From positions 1-36,339 of the IMG/VR virus record IMGVR_UViG_3300048599_000813: a DNA stretch of 36,339 nt, one strand, 5' to 3'. Numbering within the stretch: position 1 is the stretch's first letter; each line of letters begins with the position of its first letter. Origin of the DNA: a virus (taxonomy: Duplodnaviria; Caudoviricetes). Below the pieces are notes generated by a model, which saw nothing but the letters and a program-made list of their open reading frames with translations, was not told the DNA's origin and searched no databases. The position numbers were made by a program, and so were the translations under genes. Shown here piece by piece: positions 34,239 to 36,339 of this stretch.

Positions 34239-35824
34239 CAGTTGGGTGCCTCCGCCGGCGCGATCTCCGGCTTGAAAGTGATCACGACGTTCTGGGTCTG
34301 CCCGTCGTACTCGACGGATGCGATCACGACGTGGAGGAACTCGGCACGCTCGGCTTGCGTCATGGCATCCCAGACCCCGTCGAAGGCCTCGACCGCTCCG
34401 GCAACCTCGTCTTCGTCGATCAGCCGTTCGGCGTCCGCAGCCACCTGCGCGGAGACGGCCGCCAGTGTCCGCCGCACCTGCTCGATCTCACGGCGCGTGG
34501 CGGCCGTCGGCTCCTCGCTCGAGAGCCGTTCGAGCACACCGCGGAGCCGCGTCTGCTCGGCGAGCCGGGCGCTCGCCGCCTCGCCGACCAGGTCGATCGC
34601 CCGGTCAACGACAACTCTCATCTGCGGGGAGTCGGCCAGCAGCGCCTTGAGCTGCTCGAGCACGAACGCATCGAGCGCCGGGCCGGGCAGCGAAGGGGCC
34701 GCGCAGTGCTGCCTTCCACGTTTCGCGGCGTTGGAGCAGACGTAGTAGCGGTAGCGGGTCCGTGTCCCGTCGGGCTTCTTCTTCGAGGCGCTGCTCGGCG
34801 ACATCGCGCAACCGCACCCCTTGCACCGGACCAGCCCGCCTAGGAGCGCGCCAGTCGAGTTCTTCACGCCGGCGCCGCCGCGCTCGCCGGCAAGCTTCAA
34901 CCTCGCCTGGACACGGCGGAAGAGGTCGTCCTCGACGATCGCCTCGTGCTCGCCGTCGTAGACCGCGCCGTTGTGCGGTACCTTCCCGACATACAGCGGG
35001 TTTCGGAGCAGCCGCGAGATGATTATCTTGTCGAACTCCCGGTTGCCCACCGTGCGCCCGGCTGTTGTGGTCCACGACTTGGTGGTCCACCCGCGGCTGT
35101 TGCATTCGTCGGCCACGCGGAGGATGCTCCCCGCCTCCAGGTACAACTCGAAGATGCGGCGGACCCGCTCCGCCTCCGTCTTGTTGACCACCAGCCGTCG
35201 CCCCGTGAACGGGGCGGGCGCGGGCACGAAGTCGTAGCCCAGGATGGGCTTGCCATGCTGGTACTTGCCCTTGCGGCGGGCCGAGGCGATCTTGTCGCGC
35301 GTGCGCTCGGAGATGATCTCCCGCTCGAACTGCGCGAACGACAACAGGATGTTCAGCGTCAGCCGCCCCATCGAGTGCGTGGTGTTGAACTGCTGGGTGA
35401 CAGACACGAACGACACGCCCTTGCGGTCGAAGAGCGCCATCAGCCGGGCGAAGTCCATCAGCGACCGGCTGAGGCGGTCAACCTTGTAGACGATCACACA
35501 GTCGATCTTCCCCGCCTCGATGTCGTCCATCAGACGCTTGAGCGCGGGCCGGTCCATGTTGCCGCCGGTAAAGCCGCCGTCGTCGTAGCGGTCTGGGACG
35601 CAGGACCACCCCTCGTTCCTCTGGCTGGCGATGTATGCGACAGCACTCTCGCGCTGTGCGTCGAGCGAGTTGAACTCCTGGCTGAGCCCCTCCTCCGTGC
35701 TCTTGCGCGTGTAGATCGCGCAGCGGACGCACTTGGCGTTCCGAGCGGTAGCGGGACCGCTGACCGTGACCTCGGCGGCTGCGCGGCGGGGAGCGCCGGC
35801 AAGCTTGGTGCTCGCTGCGTTCAT
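34238..35824 (-). CDS. Large serine recombinase (integrase)
   Basis: CAIYTRKS catalytic Ser, RPAL, VYKVDRLSRS, FAQFERE, recombinase domain LRNPLYVG and Zn ribbon CKGC...YYVC...C. Confidence 0.95.
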   Translation of the reverse strand: MNAASTKLAGAPRRAAAEVTVSGPATARNAKCVRCAIYTRKSTEEGLSQEFNSLDAQRESAVAYIASQRNEGWSCVPDRYDDGGFTGGNMDRPALKRLMDDIEAGKIDCVIVYKVDRLSRSLMDFARLMALFDRKGVSFVSVTQQFNTTHSMGRLTLNILLSFAQFEREIISERTRDKIASARRKGKYQHGKPILGYDFVPAPAPFTGRRLVVNKTEAERVRRIFELYLEAGSILRVADECNSRGWTTKSWTTTAGRTVGNREFDKIIISRLLRNPLYVGKVPHNGAVYDGEHEAIVEDDLFRRVQARLKLAGERGGAGVKNSTGALLGGLVRCKGCGCAMSPSSASKKKPDGTRTRYRYYVCSNAAKRGRQHCAAPSLPGPALDAFVLEQLKALLADSPQMRVVVDRAIDLVGEAASARLAEQTRLRGVLERLSSEEPTAATRREIEQVRRTLAAVSAQVAADAERLIDEDEVAGAVEAFDGVWDAMTQAERAEFLHVVIASVEYDGQTQNVVITFKPEIAPAEAPN

Positions 35825-36339
35825 GCGGACCCCTTCTTGGTCAGGCCAAAGAAGAGGAACCCGTTCCAGTGCGACCCGGTGATCGCCGTCGCCACGGCCG
35901 ACAGGGAGCGATACGTCTTCCCCTCGTGCTCGAAGCCGTGGGGCAGCACCGTCACCTCGTGTTCAACACCCTTGAACGTGCGTCGCAGCACGCTGCCCTG
36001 CGCAGGCAGGCGGTCGGCCCCGGCGGAAGCGATTCGCCCGGTGACCGTCACGAGCCGCGCCCCGACCCTGGGTTCGTTGCCTTCCCGTTCCCCCGGCGGC
36101 CTGACCCGCACGTCGACGTCCCGGGCCAACTCGGCCGCCCGACGGCGGGCCCGTTCGGAGAGGTCCCCCTCCGCCAGCGCCTGGATTCGCCAAGCGACCC
36201 GTCGATAGAGCCACTGGCGGTTGCCCGAGGACGTCGGCTCGCCGAAGACCTCCGCATACCGCGCACGCAGCCGCGAGACGGGCATGTCGCGGAGATCGTC
36301 GATCTGTTGCTGGATGGTGCTGGTTGCGGTCGCGGTCAT
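35821..36339 (-). CDS. DUF2924-family protein
   Basis: L.RRVAWRIQ...GDL, G..L.R.FKG..H.V.V, Y.SLSAVA.AITG..WNG..FFGL; a usual partner of these recombinases. Confidence 0.85.
   Translation of the reverse strand: MTATATSTIQQQIDDLRDMPVSRLRARYAEVFGEPTSSGNRQWLYRRVAWRIQALAEGDLSERARRRAAELARDVDVRVRPPGEREGNEPRVGARLVTVTGRIASAGADRLPAQGSVLRRTFKGVEHEVTVLPHGFEHEGKTYRSLSAVATAITGSHWNGFLFFGLTKKGSA

Larger units (their letters stand above)
1734..36339 (-). mobile_element. Temperate siphovirus-like prophage (cos/GpA packaging, serine integrase); boundaries approximate, att sites not seen
   Basis: Contiguous co-oriented recombinase, replication, terminase, portal, capsid, connector, tail tube and tape measure genes with many ATGA/GTGA overlaps; no tail sheath gene recognised. 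Confidence 0.93.

Overview
The window is almost entirely one GC-rich, apparently intact temperate siphovirus-like prophage, read on the minus strand from right to left. The gene families resemble those I associate with Planctomycetota/Phycisphaerae prophages, but that host assignment is inference. Gene order: DUF2924-like protein, large serine recombinase, HTH partner, two unknown genes and a sigma-70-like factor; a replication block (AAA_24 ATPase, DUF669, RusA, SF2 helicase, Prim-Pol/DUF3987) with an origin-like inverted repeat; a lambda-like cos site; a ParB-DNA methylase and a five-gene plus-strand island; GpA terminase, lambda-type portal, protease-capsid fusion, DUF2190, connector, tail tube, chaperone and tape measure genes. 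Where a tail-fibre gene is expected there is a translationally coupled cassette: SAM methyltransferase, Maf/GT42-like glycosyltransferase, a Ser/Gly/Thr-rich protein with a central Hint autoprocessing domain (Cys...TxxH...His-Asn-Asp, preceded by GPGGS repeats) and two GT32 glycosyltransferases. This is the best candidate for an undescribed system: a phage-encoded self-processing glycoprotein with its own glycosylation enzymes. A membrane protein and PP2C phosphatase operon lies at the left edge. No endolysin, CI/Cro repressor, tRNA, rRNA or CRISPR array was recognised. All family assignments come from motif reading, not database searches.
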